Origin: an uncultured delta proteobacterium
GTDB lineage: Bacteria > Desulfobacterota > Desulfobacteria > Desulfobacterales > QNYZ01
DNA length: 64,000 nucleotides
Assembly: GCA_963845145.1 (NCBI GenBank)
Contig: CAWJQU010000002.1
Coordinates: 544,001-608,000, forward strand
Reading direction: 5' to 3'
Under the pieces are notes generated by a model. It was given only the letters and a program-made list of their open reading frames with translations. It made no database searches and was not told where the DNA came from. The position numbers and the translations under genes were made by a program. Every line of letters starts with the position of its first letter. Position 1 is the first letter of the stretch. Of this stretch, positions 48,208-58,274 are shown in pieces.

Positions 48208-48245
48208 CTGTTGGCCGGTCTGCCCGTTGACCGGTCATCGGTTTT
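48208..48245. repeat. Degenerate CCGG-type octamer array after the amrS stop
   Basis: CTGTTGG CCGGTCTG CCCGTTGA CCGGTCAT CGGTTTT. Confidence 0.6.
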
Positions 48246-48267
48246 ACGGATTAACCCTAGGATCTCT

Positions 48268-49269
48268 CTACTGTTCTGAAAAATATTTCACTGCCCCCGG
48301 ATGTCGTTTCACTCCGGTTATTTCCTCTTTGGCAGCACTTGTCGAAAAAAGTGATAACGCCGAGTGGGCACTTGCCAGGCGTTTTTGATTGTTGCCGATC
48401 GCATCCATGATTTTATATACCGTTTCGTCATCGAGATCTTCGGATACAACCAGCATGGCTCGCGTTCCAAATGTTATCACTTCTTCCAATTGGGTGGGAT
48501 AGGTATTGGCTTTAATTCCAATTTTCCAGAAAGCGGGATGATGGCCGACCAATTTCTGAATGTCCGCATCATCCATATTGACCAGTTTCGCTTGGCAGAG
48601 CTTAAACAACTGCTGCAAAGATGAATCCGGGTGAACACCTATGTGCACCATCGCTTGCATGGTTCCGTGACAAAATGCCATCGTGTCCTGGGATTGGGAA
48701 GGGGGCAGTTCTCCCACGAGGCTGAAATTTTTTTTCGTCCAACTTTTGGCTTCCATGATGGTATTTACGGCCAGAGACTGAATCCCCTGGTGAACGCCCG
48801 CGTTAATGCGCTTTCCCTTCAGGTCTTCCAAAGAGGCAATGCCCGCATCATCACGGACAACTAGCGAAATAGGCGTATCATACAGGGGGGCAATCGCCCG
48901 GAGGTTCTCATAACTGATATCGAGATATTGAAAATGACCGGTTTTGTTAACGGCATCGATTAACAAACGTGAATCGACAATCCCGATATCCAGAGATCCG
49001 CCCCGAAGATTGGTAAGATTATCTACGTCATCCGGTGTTGGTGCAACTTGACAATTGAGGTCATCCATCTGGCTGTTGATCGTTCGGCAGAGCATCCGGC
49101 CTGAAAAATGAGAAAAAGTTCCGGGGGCACCTGTGCCTAATTGAATGTCAAAGGCATGGGCGGAAAAAGGAAACAGATATACACCGACAAATAGCAATGT
49201 GATTAGGATCAAGTTCCGCCTTTTAAGCAGGGCTGCGCGAGAAAATCTTGCGGCTTTTTTGGTTATCAT
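48268..49269 (-). CDS. TAXI family TRAP solute-binding protein (divergent)
   Basis: DLKGKRINAG, FCHGTMQA, VGHHP, HPGAVKYF; SD GGAGG before MITKK. Confidence 0.85.
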   Translation of the reverse strand: MITKKAARFSRAALLKRRNLILITLLFVGVYLFPFSAHAFDIQLGTGAPGTFSHFSGRMLCRTINSQMDDLNCQVAPTPDDVDNLTNLRGGSLDIGIVDSRLLIDAVNKTGHFQYLDISYENLRAIAPLYDTPISLVVRDDAGIASLEDLKGKRINAGVHQGIQSLAVNTIMEAKSWTKKNFSLVGELPPSQSQDTMAFCHGTMQAMVHIGVHPDSSLQQLFKLCQAKLVNMDDADIQKLVGHHPAFWKIGIKANTYPTQLEEVITFGTRAMLVVSEDLDDETVYKIMDAIGNNQKRLASAHSALSLFSTSAAKEEITGVKRHPGAVKYFSEQ

Positions 49270-49486
49270 GCTCTCCTCCTCAAGATATGCTATGGCTATA
49301 CTACCGGAATAATTCGGTATAGAACAATTCAATTCTAATAAGGTCGACCCCCATATAGTTCGGCCCCCATATAATTCAATCGGGCTATCATCAATCCGAT
49401 TTTAAGCCCCTCAGGTACAGCCGGGCCAGATCACCTAAAGCGAGTGCACGATCCACATGGGAAATCAATCACTATTAAACTGGAAT

Positions 49487-49921
49487 TCAGGATAGCACAT
49501 TCCGCAATCGTAACACCGAACAATTGGCGTTATCGGAAACACGCTGGGAACACGACCCGCTAAATACCTCGTTAATATCACGGCGGTGGTTGTGGTAAAC
49601 CACAATCAGATCCGCTCCCCAGTTGTCTGCGGCTTTGATAATCTCCTGCCAGTTCTTCCCTGTTCTCAAACGATAGGACACGGTATTTTTACAATTTTCC
49701 TCAATAAATTTCTCCAACGCGTCCTTAAACTGGTTTTCCGCTTTTTTTCGCACTTCAGCGGAAATGTAAGAGGCGACAATCGGCATGCTAAAACCGGGCA
49801 TTACACTAACCAGTCTGATTTCAGCACTACTCAACCCCGCAATGGCGGATGCTTTTTGATATACGGCGGCGGCTGTTTTAGGGTAATCCACATCAATAGG
49901 GACAAGAATTTTTTTAAACAT
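49487..49921 (-). CDS. Universal stress protein
   Basis: MFKKILVPID, ADLIVV, GSCSQRV..ANCSVL. Confidence 0.9.
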   Translation of the reverse strand: MFKKILVPIDVDYPKTAAAVYQKASAIAGLSSAEIRLVSVMPGFSMPIVASYISAEVRKKAENQFKDALEKFIEENCKNTVSYRLRTGKNWQEIIKAADNWGADLIVVYHNHRRDINEVFSGSCSQRVSDNANCSVLRLRNVLS

Positions 49922-50050
49922 AACCTACTCCAAATGGGTAAGGTTGGCAGCAATTGCAATCAACAATATCCGGTGCCACTTCCCTTTGCTGTGAGAAGTG
50001 GCGACAAACGATAGGCCAAAGAAAACCCTGTATCGGCATCACTTCCTCAG

Positions 50051-52636
50051 TTAGGTCGCGACAGCTGTCTCCAGCCTCCTTTTGCGCCCACGTTGTACAA
50101 ACCATACAAACGCATATAAAGCTAGAGCCGGAATGAACATGAGCTGTTTAGGTGGCCGTTTCGTTGGCACCTGGATATTCAATATCTCCTGGTCAAAATC
50201 GATGCCGGCTTTTTCGGCGGCGCTGGAAAAGACCACATTATCAACCAGTATTTTGCCTTCTTCATCGCGTAATTCAAGTCCGATGGCGTTTAATCTTTCC
50301 ATACCGGTCTTTTCTTCGCCCACAGGTACCATCACCGTCTTGGTGAATTCAGTTCCGTTCATTTTTTCACCCTTAAGCATAACCCTCAATTGGGCGCCCG
50401 GCTCCATTGTTTCCAACATCTCTTCAAGCTTGGTTGCGGGCTCCTGTGTAAGCGGCGGAAAAAATTTGTCCCACACGAATCCAGGGCGAAACAATATAAA
50501 GGCCACCAGTATAAGGGCCGCCGTTTCCCAGATGCGGCTTTTTGCAATAAAATATCCCTGTGTGCCCGCGGCAAAGGCCAGCATTGCAGCCACAGCGGCC
50601 ACAATCACGATGACCAGTTGGAACCAGTTGGCCACGCCGATCATCAGCAACTGGGTATTGAAAATAAACATAAATGGCAACACCGCCGTACGGATATCGT
50701 AGGTAAACCCCTGGATACCGGTACGGATGGGATCCCCGCCGGATATGCCCGCCGCGGCAAAGGCCGCCAGCCCCACCGGGGGGGTATCATCGGCCAGAAT
50801 ACCGAAGTAAAAAACAAACAGATGCACAGCGATAAGCGGCACAATCAAGCCGTTTTGGGCACCCAGCTCGACAATCACCGGCGCCATCAGGGTTGAGACC
50901 ACGATGTAGTTGGCCGTGGTCGGCAGCCCCATCCCTAAAATCAGGCTGATAATGGCGGTAAAAAACAGGATCAACATCAGGTTTCCGCCGGAGATGAACT
51001 CGACGAATTCGGTCATGACCAGCCCGATGCCGGTCAGGGTCACGGTGCCGACAACAATACCGGCCGCGGAAGTGGCCACACCGATACCGATCATATTGCG
51101 AGCGCCCGAGACCATGCCGTTGATTAAATCATCAAATCCACGCTTGAAGGAGAACTCTTCTCCTTTCATTTTGCGGAAAACGCCTTTTAACGGCCGCTGG
51201 GTCAAAACAATACAAATCAGGAGCACCGTCGCCCAGAAAGCGGACAGTGCAGGAGAAAGCCGTTCCACCACCAGACACCACATGAGCACCACGATCGGCA
51301 GCAGGAAATAATATCCGGCCTGAGCCGTTGGGCCCAAAACGGGCAGTTCATTGATCTCCGTGCTGTTATCCAGCTCCGGTACCTTGCAGGCCACATAAAG
51401 GAGGAAAAAGTAGGCGACAGCCAGCAGGATTGTGACCACATAGAGGGTCGCCCCGCCGGCGACTGTTTTGATCCAGCCCAGGCCATAGTAAGTGACACCA
51501 CCGATGATGATGATAAACAAAATCGTCATGACAAATGAGAGCAGTTTTTGATTCAGGGTTTTGGTCACCGGTTTTTCCATACCCTTCAAACCCATTTTAC
51601 ATGCTTCCAAATGAACAATGTACACAAGGGCAATATAAGAGATGATGGCCGGTAAAAAAGCGTGTTTGATCACCTCCACATAGGTAATGCCGACATATTC
51701 AACCATCAGGAAGGCTGCGGCGCCCATCACCGGCGGCATGAGCTGCCCATTGGTTGAGCAGGCCACCTCGACTGCCCCGGCTTTTTCCGGCGAAAAACCG
51801 ACTTTTTTCATCAGCGGGATCGTGAAAGTCCCGGTGGTGACCACATTGGCGATGGATGATCCCGATACCAGGCCGGTCAATCCGGATGAGACCACTGCAG
51901 CCTTAGCGGGTCCGCCCCGAAGATGGCCCAAACCAGCAAACGCGGTCCGGATAAAGTAGTTGCCGGCCCCAGCCGATTCGAGCAAGGCACCGAACAGAAC
52001 GAACATGAATACCATGCCGGTGGAAACACCCAAGGCGACACCAAAAACACCTTCAGTTCCCAACCAGTAGTGGGACATCCCTTTGGAAATACTGGCGCCT
52101 TGGTGTGCAATCACAGCGGGCATATGGGGACCAAAAAAAGTATAGATAATAAATACACCGGCGACCACCATCAAGGGCGGGCCCAGCGCGCGGCGCGTGG
52201 CCTCCAACAGAAGAATCAGCCCGATAACCGCGACAATCAGGTCAATCTGAAGCGGAGCACCCGGACGCGAGGATAAACCTTCATAAAAAATAAACAGATA
52301 GGCCGCGCAGAACGCCCCCACGAGTCCCACAACCCAGTCCTGAACAGGGATATGATCTCTGGGTGATGATTTAAACGTGGGATAGGCCGTATAAGAAAGA
52401 AAAACGGCAAAGGCCAGGTGGATGGCCCGGGCTTCCGTTGAATTAAAAACTAAAAAATTAAACATAAATGGCAGAGGAGATGAGTACCAGAGCTGAAACA
52501 ATGTCCAGGTCAGTGGTACGTAAAAGAGAATTTTTTTCGGAATCGTGCCGGTTGGATTTCGGGCGCCAGTATCTGACTCGGCAATCATCTCCTGAAGCTG
52601 TTCTTCGGATTTCAGGCTATCTGTCGATTCGGTCAT
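50051..52636 (-). CDS. TRAP transporter 4TM/12TM fusion permease
   Basis: LEATRR, GGPAKAAV, GQLMPPVMGAAAF, LGMGLPTTANY, ADDTPPVG. Confidence 0.95.
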   Translation of the reverse strand: MTESTDSLKSEEQLQEMIAESDTGARNPTGTIPKKILFYVPLTWTLFQLWYSSPLPFMFNFLVFNSTEARAIHLAFAVFLSYTAYPTFKSSPRDHIPVQDWVVGLVGAFCAAYLFIFYEGLSSRPGAPLQIDLIVAVIGLILLLEATRRALGPPLMVVAGVFIIYTFFGPHMPAVIAHQGASISKGMSHYWLGTEGVFGVALGVSTGMVFMFVLFGALLESAGAGNYFIRTAFAGLGHLRGGPAKAAVVSSGLTGLVSGSSIANVVTTGTFTIPLMKKVGFSPEKAGAVEVACSTNGQLMPPVMGAAAFLMVEYVGITYVEVIKHAFLPAIISYIALVYIVHLEACKMGLKGMEKPVTKTLNQKLLSFVMTILFIIIIGGVTYYGLGWIKTVAGGATLYVVTILLAVAYFFLLYVACKVPELDNSTEINELPVLGPTAQAGYYFLLPIVVLMWCLVVERLSPALSAFWATVLLICIVLTQRPLKGVFRKMKGEEFSFKRGFDDLINGMVSGARNMIGIGVATSAAGIVVGTVTLTGIGLVMTEFVEFISGGNLMLILFFTAIISLILGMGLPTTANYIVVSTLMAPVIVELGAQNGLIVPLIAVHLFVFYFGILADDTPPVGLAAFAAAGISGGDPIRTGIQGFTYDIRTAVLPFMFIFNTQLLMIGVANWFQLVIVIVAAVAAMLAFAAGTQGYFIAKSRIWETAALILVAFILFRPGFVWDKFFPPLTQEPATKLEEMLETMEPGAQLRVMLKGEKMNGTEFTKTVMVPVGEEKTGMERLNAIGLELRDEEGKILVDNVVFSSAAEKAGIDFDQEILNIQVPTKRPPKQLMFIPALALYAFVWFVQRGRKRRLETAVAT

Positions 52637-52671
52637 AGCGATGATTCCTTCTATATGGTTTATTATCCATC

Positions 52672-52797
52672 TAGAACTGGCTTCAAAGCCCTGTGGCGGT
52701 GATTAAAACCTCCTTATAATGGCACTTATTTATAAATGCGCCATCGTGAGGCGGCCTCTTGCCTTCGACTTAATTCGGGGTTTTGAAACCAGCTCTA
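52672..52797. mobile_element. MITE-like element (126 bp) with 19-bp terminal inverted repeats
   Basis: TAGAACTGGCTTCAAAGCC ... GGTTTTGAAACCAGCTCTA (16/19 complementary); internal hairpin ATGGCACTTATTTATAAATGCGCCAT. Confidence 0.65.
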
Positions 52798-52865
52798 AGC
52801 ATTGGCGAAAAGTCTTAGGCCGGCATAAAAAATGATGTTCCCAGCCGTATTGATATCGGGATCCC

Positions 52866-52899
52866 GATAAAGTGCGTCGGTTACCCGACGCACTTTATC
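52866..52899 (-). terminator. Stem-loop downstream of the TAXI gene
   Basis: GATAAAGTGCGTCGG-TTAC-CCGACGCACTTTATC, 15-bp perfect stem. Confidence 0.8.
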
Positions 52900-52921
52900 T
52901 GATTCATGTCCCGTCAACAAA

Positions 52922-53899
52922 TTACATCAGGCCGGCTTCCTTATAGTATTTCATAGCACCATCGTGCAGTGGTGCCGAAAGCCCATCCTTGATCATCTCT
53001 TCTTTCTTCAGAACCTTAAATGCCGGATGAAGTTTTTTGAACTCATCAAAATTCTCGAAAACCGCCTTGACCACATTGTAGATCACATCTTCGGGTACCT
53101 TTGCCGAGGACACAAAAGTGGCGCCGACGCCGAATGTCTGAGTGTCCGCATCCGTACCGCGATACATACCGCCGGGAATCGTGGCCGTTCGGTAGTAGGC
53201 ATTTTCTGTCACCAGCTTGTCGATCTCGGGACCGGTAACATTTACCATCACGGAGTCGCAGGAGGTGGTGGCTTCTTTGATGGATCCACTGGGATGACCC
53301 ACGGTAAATACGATGGCGTCAATCTTGTTATCGCACAACGCACTGGACTGCTCGGCGGACTTCAACTCGGAAGCCAGCTTAAAATCATCTTTGGTCCAAC
53401 CCAAAGCGCCCATGACCACTTCCATGGTACCGCGTTGGCCAGATCCGGGATTGCCGATATTGACCCGTTTGCCCTTAAGATCCTGAAAGTTCTTGATACC
53501 GGAATCGGTACGGGCGACAACGGTAAACGGCTCGGGATGAACCGAGAATACCGCCCGCAAGTCTTTGTTGGGGCCTTTTGCCTCGAATTTGCTGGTGCCG
53601 TTATAGGCATGGTACTGCCAGTCGGATTGGGCCACGCCCATGTCCAGCTCGCCGGCGGCAATGGTATTCAGGTTATAGACCGAGCCCCCGGTGCTTTCCA
53701 CCGTGCAGCGAATGCCGTGCTCTTTTTTGGTTTTATTCACCAAACGACAAATGGCGCCGCCGGTGGGATAATAGACACCAGTGACGCCACCGGTACCGAT
53801 GGTAACAAAGGTTTGGTCCGCGGCCTGGGTCGGTGCAGCACCCATAAATAGTGCCAGTCCGAAAATAATAGCTACGCTAAACAGAATCGCTTTTTTCAT
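52922..53899 (-). CDS. TAXI family TRAP solute-binding protein
   Basis: [40 protein letters not shown]. Confidence 0.95.
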   Translation of the reverse strand: MKKAILFSVAIIFGLALFMGAAPTQAADQTFVTIGTGGVTGVYYPTGGAICRLVNKTKKEHGIRCTVESTGGSVYNLNTIAAGELDMGVAQSDWQYHAYNGTSKFEAKGPNKDLRAVFSVHPEPFTVVARTDSGIKNFQDLKGKRVNIGNPGSGQRGTMEVVMGALGWTKDDFKLASELKSAEQSSALCDNKIDAIVFTVGHPSGSIKEATTSCDSVMVNVTGPEIDKLVTENAYYRTATIPGGMYRGTDADTQTFGVGATFVSSAKVPEDVIYNVVKAVFENFDEFKKLHPAFKVLKKEEMIKDGLSAPLHDGAMKYYKEAGLM

Positions 53900-54133
53900 T
53901 GGAATCCTCCTTGCTTCTGATAATGGGTTTCATGATACGGAGCGGACAACATTGCCCGTTCCGAGAGAGTGGTTCCCCCCTTCATAAGATCACCTTTGAT
54001 TAGAAAACCTCAGTCAAAGGGATAGAAATTGATAGGCGGGAATTAACTGAATGTCGATTATTTTACAATAATCATTCGGTTTTTACAAGGCAAGATGGGA
54101 ATCGCCTTTTTCATCCCTAAATGTCCACAGGAA

Positions 54134-56281
54134 TTAACCGCCATGATCATCACGTAAAATAATCCGCACATCCACAATGCTTAACTTGTTTTCATGGACA
54201 ATAACGGGATTTAAATCCATTTCATCAATTTCCGGATACGCTTCAACGATTTCAGATACCTTTAACAAGAGCGCCTTAATCGCCTTCTTGTCTGAGGCTG
54301 GGTTTCCCCGTACCCCGTTCAGGATCTCAGCGGTTCGTAACTCGCCCATCATCGCCTCGGCCCCCACGGGCGTTAAAGGGAGTACTCTGAAGGAAACATC
54401 TTTTAGTATCTCCACCAGTACGCCGCCCAATCCAAACATGATAATCGGCCCAAACTGATCATCTCTTTTGGTACCGATAATGACCTCCACGCCCGGCTTG
54501 GCCATGGGGGTTACAAGCACGCCACGAATATCAGCGTCGACATTATATCTTTTCGCGTTGCCGATTATCTCATCAAAGGCCCGCCGAACCTCTTCGTCGG
54601 TTGCCAGATTAAGCCGAACACCACCCGCATCGCTTTTGTGTAAAATTTGCGGCGATACGATCTTCAAGGCCACGGGTCCATCGATCTTTTCAGCTGCAGT
54701 GACGACTTCATCGGCCGTTTTCATCGGTGCGTTCGTGAACACCGACAGGCCATGCTCGGATAGCAACGCTCTCGCTTCGTGCTCCAACAAGGCACCGCGG
54801 CCTTCCTTTTGGGCCACATGGATCATCTCAACGCCTCTGGCAGTCGCGTTGGTTCCCCAATTCAGGTTTAAGTCGGCATCTATCTCTGGAGAATTCAGGT
54901 AGGCACCGTAGGTTGCTAAGGCGCTGATACATTTACAAGCGATATCGACCGAACCGAAAGTGGGGATACCCAATGACCGTAATTCCTCAAGTGCTGGCGG
55001 GCGAGAAGCGTTGAAAAGACTATGCATAACAATCGGTTTGCTTGATTTTCCCACCAGTGCCCCCATTTGCCGGGCAGCTTCTTCCTCAATCACCGCCAGG
55101 CTTTCAGCAAACCGGATGCCATAACCACCGAAAAGGCCTACCATGAGAAGACCGCCTACGGCCGGATCCTCAAGTATGATACGGACACATTCGGCAAAAA
55201 TCATTGGATCGGCATCACCCCCGCCGGCCACATCCACGGGATTGGGCAGCGATGCGGCAAAAGGAAGAATTTTTCGAAGTTTTTCCTGTGTTTCTTCGCC
55301 GAGGATCGGCAAATTCACACCCATATCGGTCAACAGGTCCGATGCGATGGTGGCATGCCCGCCACCGTCTGCCAATATCGCCACGTTGTTGTTTTTAATG
55401 GGCGGCAGGCTCGACAGGGTTTCGGCCACGGGAAACAGCTCATCACTGTTCTCCAGCACCACGATTCCGGCACGGGTAAACGCCCCTTTGGCCACTTCCG
55501 CCATACCGGCCAATGCGCCGGTATGGGAACCGGCCGAGCGCCGCCCCGTAGCGGACCGCCCGCCTTTCAACAGAACAATCGGCTTTTGTCGGGTCGTCCG
55601 GCGCGCTTCGGTGATAAAGGAACGCCCGTCACGCATGCCCTCCACATACATCAAAATGACACGGGTGTCCGGATCTGCCCTGAAATGCGCCAGATACTCA
55701 TGAAAATGAATATCCGCCTCGTTCCCGACGCCCACATAGTAAGAAAACCCCTTTTGGCTGAGGGTTTTGGCCTCGGTGATCAGCGTCAAGGCCATATTGC
55801 CGGATTGGGTTAACAGGGCGATATCCCCCCTGGGGACATTGCGCATACCCACTAGGTTCAGATTCTTTTTCAAATTCATCATTCCCGACGTATTGGGGCC
55901 GATGAGCCGAATGCCATGTTTTTGGGCTGTTTGGGTTACCTGGTTCTGAAGTGCCCTGCCCTCTTCACCCAACTCCCCAAACCCACCTGCAATGATCACG
56001 GCACCCTGAACCCCTTTGGCGCCGCAATCCTCAAGAATGGCCGGAATCGTTTGAGCCGGTGTGGTAATCAGGGCCAGATCCACCGGACCGGGAATGTCCG
56101 ACACATTGGTATGGCAGGGTAGATCCAGGATGGTCTTTTCTTTAGGGTTTACGGGGTAAATGTCTCCGGCGTACCGCTCCTCAATCAAGGTGCGAATAGC
56201 CTGGAAGCCACGTTTCGTTTCGTTTTTGGAAGCGCCGATAATGGCAATGGATTCGGCGTTCAATATTTTTTCAAGGGACAT
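54134..56281 (-). CDS. Acetate/acyl-CoA ligase (ADP-forming), fused alpha-beta
   Basis: IAIIGAS, IGPNTSG, QSGN, SHTGALAG, NPVD, HKSDAGGV, EMDLNP. Confidence 0.93.
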   Translation of the reverse strand: MSLEKILNAESIAIIGASKNETKRGFQAIRTLIEERYAGDIYPVNPKEKTILDLPCHTNVSDIPGPVDLALITTPAQTIPAILEDCGAKGVQGAVIIAGGFGELGEEGRALQNQVTQTAQKHGIRLIGPNTSGMMNLKKNLNLVGMRNVPRGDIALLTQSGNMALTLITEAKTLSQKGFSYYVGVGNEADIHFHEYLAHFRADPDTRVILMYVEGMRDGRSFITEARRTTRQKPIVLLKGGRSATGRRSAGSHTGALAGMAEVAKGAFTRAGIVVLENSDELFPVAETLSSLPPIKNNNVAILADGGGHATIASDLLTDMGVNLPILGEETQEKLRKILPFAASLPNPVDVAGGGDADPMIFAECVRIILEDPAVGGLLMVGLFGGYGIRFAESLAVIEEEAARQMGALVGKSSKPIVMHSLFNASRPPALEELRSLGIPTFGSVDIACKCISALATYGAYLNSPEIDADLNLNWGTNATARGVEMIHVAQKEGRGALLEHEARALLSEHGLSVFTNAPMKTADEVVTAAEKIDGPVALKIVSPQILHKSDAGGVRLNLATDEEVRRAFDEIIGNAKRYNVDADIRGVLVTPMAKPGVEVIIGTKRDDQFGPIIMFGLGGVLVEILKDVSFRVLPLTPVGAEAMMGELRTAEILNGVRGNPASDKKAIKALLLKVSEIVEAYPEIDEMDLNPVIVHENKLSIVDVRIILRDDHGG

Positions 56282-56292
56282 CCCCCGGCCTC

Positions 56293-57057
56293 CTATTTCT
56301 TTCTATCCGCGAAGTCATCCAAAGATGCTTGTCGTTCCTTGGTCGATACACAGGCAAGGCAAGCTTCCACTTCAAAATCCATCAACGCCTCCAGGCTGAT
56401 GTTATCCTGGGCCATAAGCAGGCCTTTTTTGATCAGTTTAATGGAAAAGGCCGAGTTTTGAGCGATCTGCTTCGCCATTTCGCGGGCTTCATCCATCAAT
56501 TGTTGTAGTGGCACGGCCTTATTTACCAGCCCAATGCGCTCGGCTTCGTCACCGTCAATATACGCACCTGTAAAAAGAAGTTCCCTTGCTTTTCCCGGCC
56601 CAATCAGGTCCTGCACCAATCGCATGGCACCCCCCGTGACGGAAGACGTCACCTTGGCTTCCGGAGATCCTATTTGAGCCTCTTTGGCGGCAATACGGAT
56701 ATCACATGCCAAGGCCAGCTCGTAGCCGGATCCCAGGGCATAGCCATTGATGGCCGCGATGGTCGGTTTTTCGAACCGAATAATCGTGCGCGATGTTTCC
56801 TGCAAAGCTTCGAGATACGTACGGTAGTCCTCAAGGCTCCGTCCTTTGGAATCTTTCAGGTCCGCTCCGGTTGAAAAAGCGCGCCCCTCACCGGTAATAA
56901 TCAATACATTTATTTTTACATCATCTTTCGCGTCTGCCAGAGCGGCCTGAAAATCAATCCACAATTGTTTGTTCATGGCGTTCAAAACGTCAGGACGATT
57001 AAGCGTGATGGTTGCGATCCCATCTAATTTTTCATAATTGATGCATTCAAACTTCAT
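56293..57057 (-). CDS. Enoyl-CoA hydratase/isomerase
   Basis: ITLNRPDVLNA, AFSTGADL, AAINGYALGSG.ELALACD; SD AGGAG before MKFECI. Confidence 0.93.
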   Translation of the reverse strand: MKFECINYEKLDGIATITLNRPDVLNAMNKQLWIDFQAALADAKDDVKINVLIITGEGRAFSTGADLKDSKGRSLEDYRTYLEALQETSRTIIRFEKPTIAAINGYALGSGYELALACDIRIAAKEAQIGSPEAKVTSSVTGGAMRLVQDLIGPGKARELLFTGAYIDGDEAERIGLVNKAVPLQQLMDEAREMAKQIAQNSAFSIKLIKKGLLMAQDNISLEALMDFEVEACLACVSTKERQASLDDFADRKK

Positions 57058-57081
57058 TATGTCTCCTGTTAGTGCTATCTG

Positions 57082-57116
57082 CCGAATCATTTCATTTTGC
57101 CCGAATCATTTCATTT
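57082..57116. repeat. Direct repeat CCGAATCATTTCATTT x2 upstream of the hydratase gene
   Basis: 57082..57097 and 57101..57116. Confidence 0.8.
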
Positions 57117-57157
57117 AAATTTGGTTCCCAATGACTCTGGACAAACTTACCATCCAA

Positions 57158-58009
57158 CTATTTAATAAAGGTATTATGAATGCCAAACTCCTTTTCGAGT
57201 TGGTCCAACATGGGTATCGCTTTATCTTTTTCCTTCAATGCAATCGCGGTGATCAGTGCATTCAAGAGACTCATTGGCGCAGTATACGATTCGAAGTAAG
57301 CTGGAATTTTTGTTTCCGCGATGAGCGCTAAATCGCTTAGTTGCGCCGTAGGGGAAAGCTCGCTATTGGTGATCGCAATAATATAAGGCCGCTTTTCCCT
57401 GATTTTTTCAGTGATCGCTACCGTCTCCCGGGTATGCCGCTTAAAACTGATGACGACCAGCACATCGGATGGACCAATATGCCGGAACTGCTCCGGGATA
57501 TCGCCTACACCTAATTCAATCAGCCGGACAGAATCTAAAAAAAACCGCAGATCAAAGGCCAGGTAAAACGCCAGCGCATAGCTGGATCGCAATCCCAGGA
57601 TGTATAAATTTTTGGCCGAACAGAGTTTATTTACCGCCTGGTTGAATGTCTTTTCCGATATCCGCATGCTCAGATCACCGATTTTTTCGATATCGCCGGA
57701 CAAAATATCGGTAAATAGTGAACGGCGGCCTTCAAGGGTTTTGGCCGATTCAATCAACCGGCTGGAGGTGGAAGAGCCCTCCAATACCTTCTGCCCTACA
57801 ACCCGCTTGAACTCTGAAAACCCGGAATATCCAAGGCTATTGATAAAACGGATCACCGTGGCTTCGGAAACCCCCGCCTGGGAGGCAATCTGCATCGCGT
57901 TGGAAAGAATCGCATCATTCAAATGATGAAAAATGTAATCGGCGACCTTGCGCTGGCTGGGCGGTAGCGTTTTATAATTCGATGAGATTTTTTTTAGAAG
58001 TGCTTTCAT
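57158..58009 (-). CDS. MurR/RpiR family transcriptional regulator
   Basis: LPPSQRKVADY, AGVSEATVIRF..LGYSGF HTH; SIS domain GLRSS, ISF. Confidence 0.93.
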   Translation of the reverse strand: MKALLKKISSNYKTLPPSQRKVADYIFHHLNDAILSNAMQIASQAGVSEATVIRFINSLGYSGFSEFKRVVGQKVLEGSSTSSRLIESAKTLEGRRSLFTDILSGDIEKIGDLSMRISEKTFNQAVNKLCSAKNLYILGLRSSYALAFYLAFDLRFFLDSVRLIELGVGDIPEQFRHIGPSDVLVVISFKRHTRETVAITEKIREKRPYIIAITNSELSPTAQLSDLALIAETKIPAYFESYTAPMSLLNALITAIALKEKDKAIPMLDQLEKEFGIHNTFIK

Positions 58010-58046
58010 GGACGCACGCACTTTGAGGGAAAATATTCATGTAAAT

Positions 58047-58074
58047 GAATTATGATGAAATAATTTCATAATTC
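58047..58074. promoter_or_regulatory. Palindromic operator overlapping the probable rpiR promoter
   Basis: GAATTATGA-N10-TCATAATTC containing ATGAAATAATTTCAT; minus-strand TTGACA at 58083..58088. Confidence 0.55.
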
Positions 58075-58274
58075 CGAATGCCTGTCAATCTATATTAGGC
58101 GTTTTATCAGGCCAAAATAAAAAAATAGGATATTTGCAAAACGTCGAATGAACGTTAATTTATTCAAAATGCATAAAATCCTTTAAAATCTTCTTTTATC
58201 TTTCATTAATAAATAATCGGTATTAAGGTCGGTCAGGATTACCACGATTACGAAACCGACCGGAAGTTGCCATC

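Noticed and set aside
52964..55813. Long antisense ORFs (52964..53851, 55067..55813, and similar elsewhere)
   Set aside because: Shadows of well-supported opposite-strand genes with no recognisable motifs.
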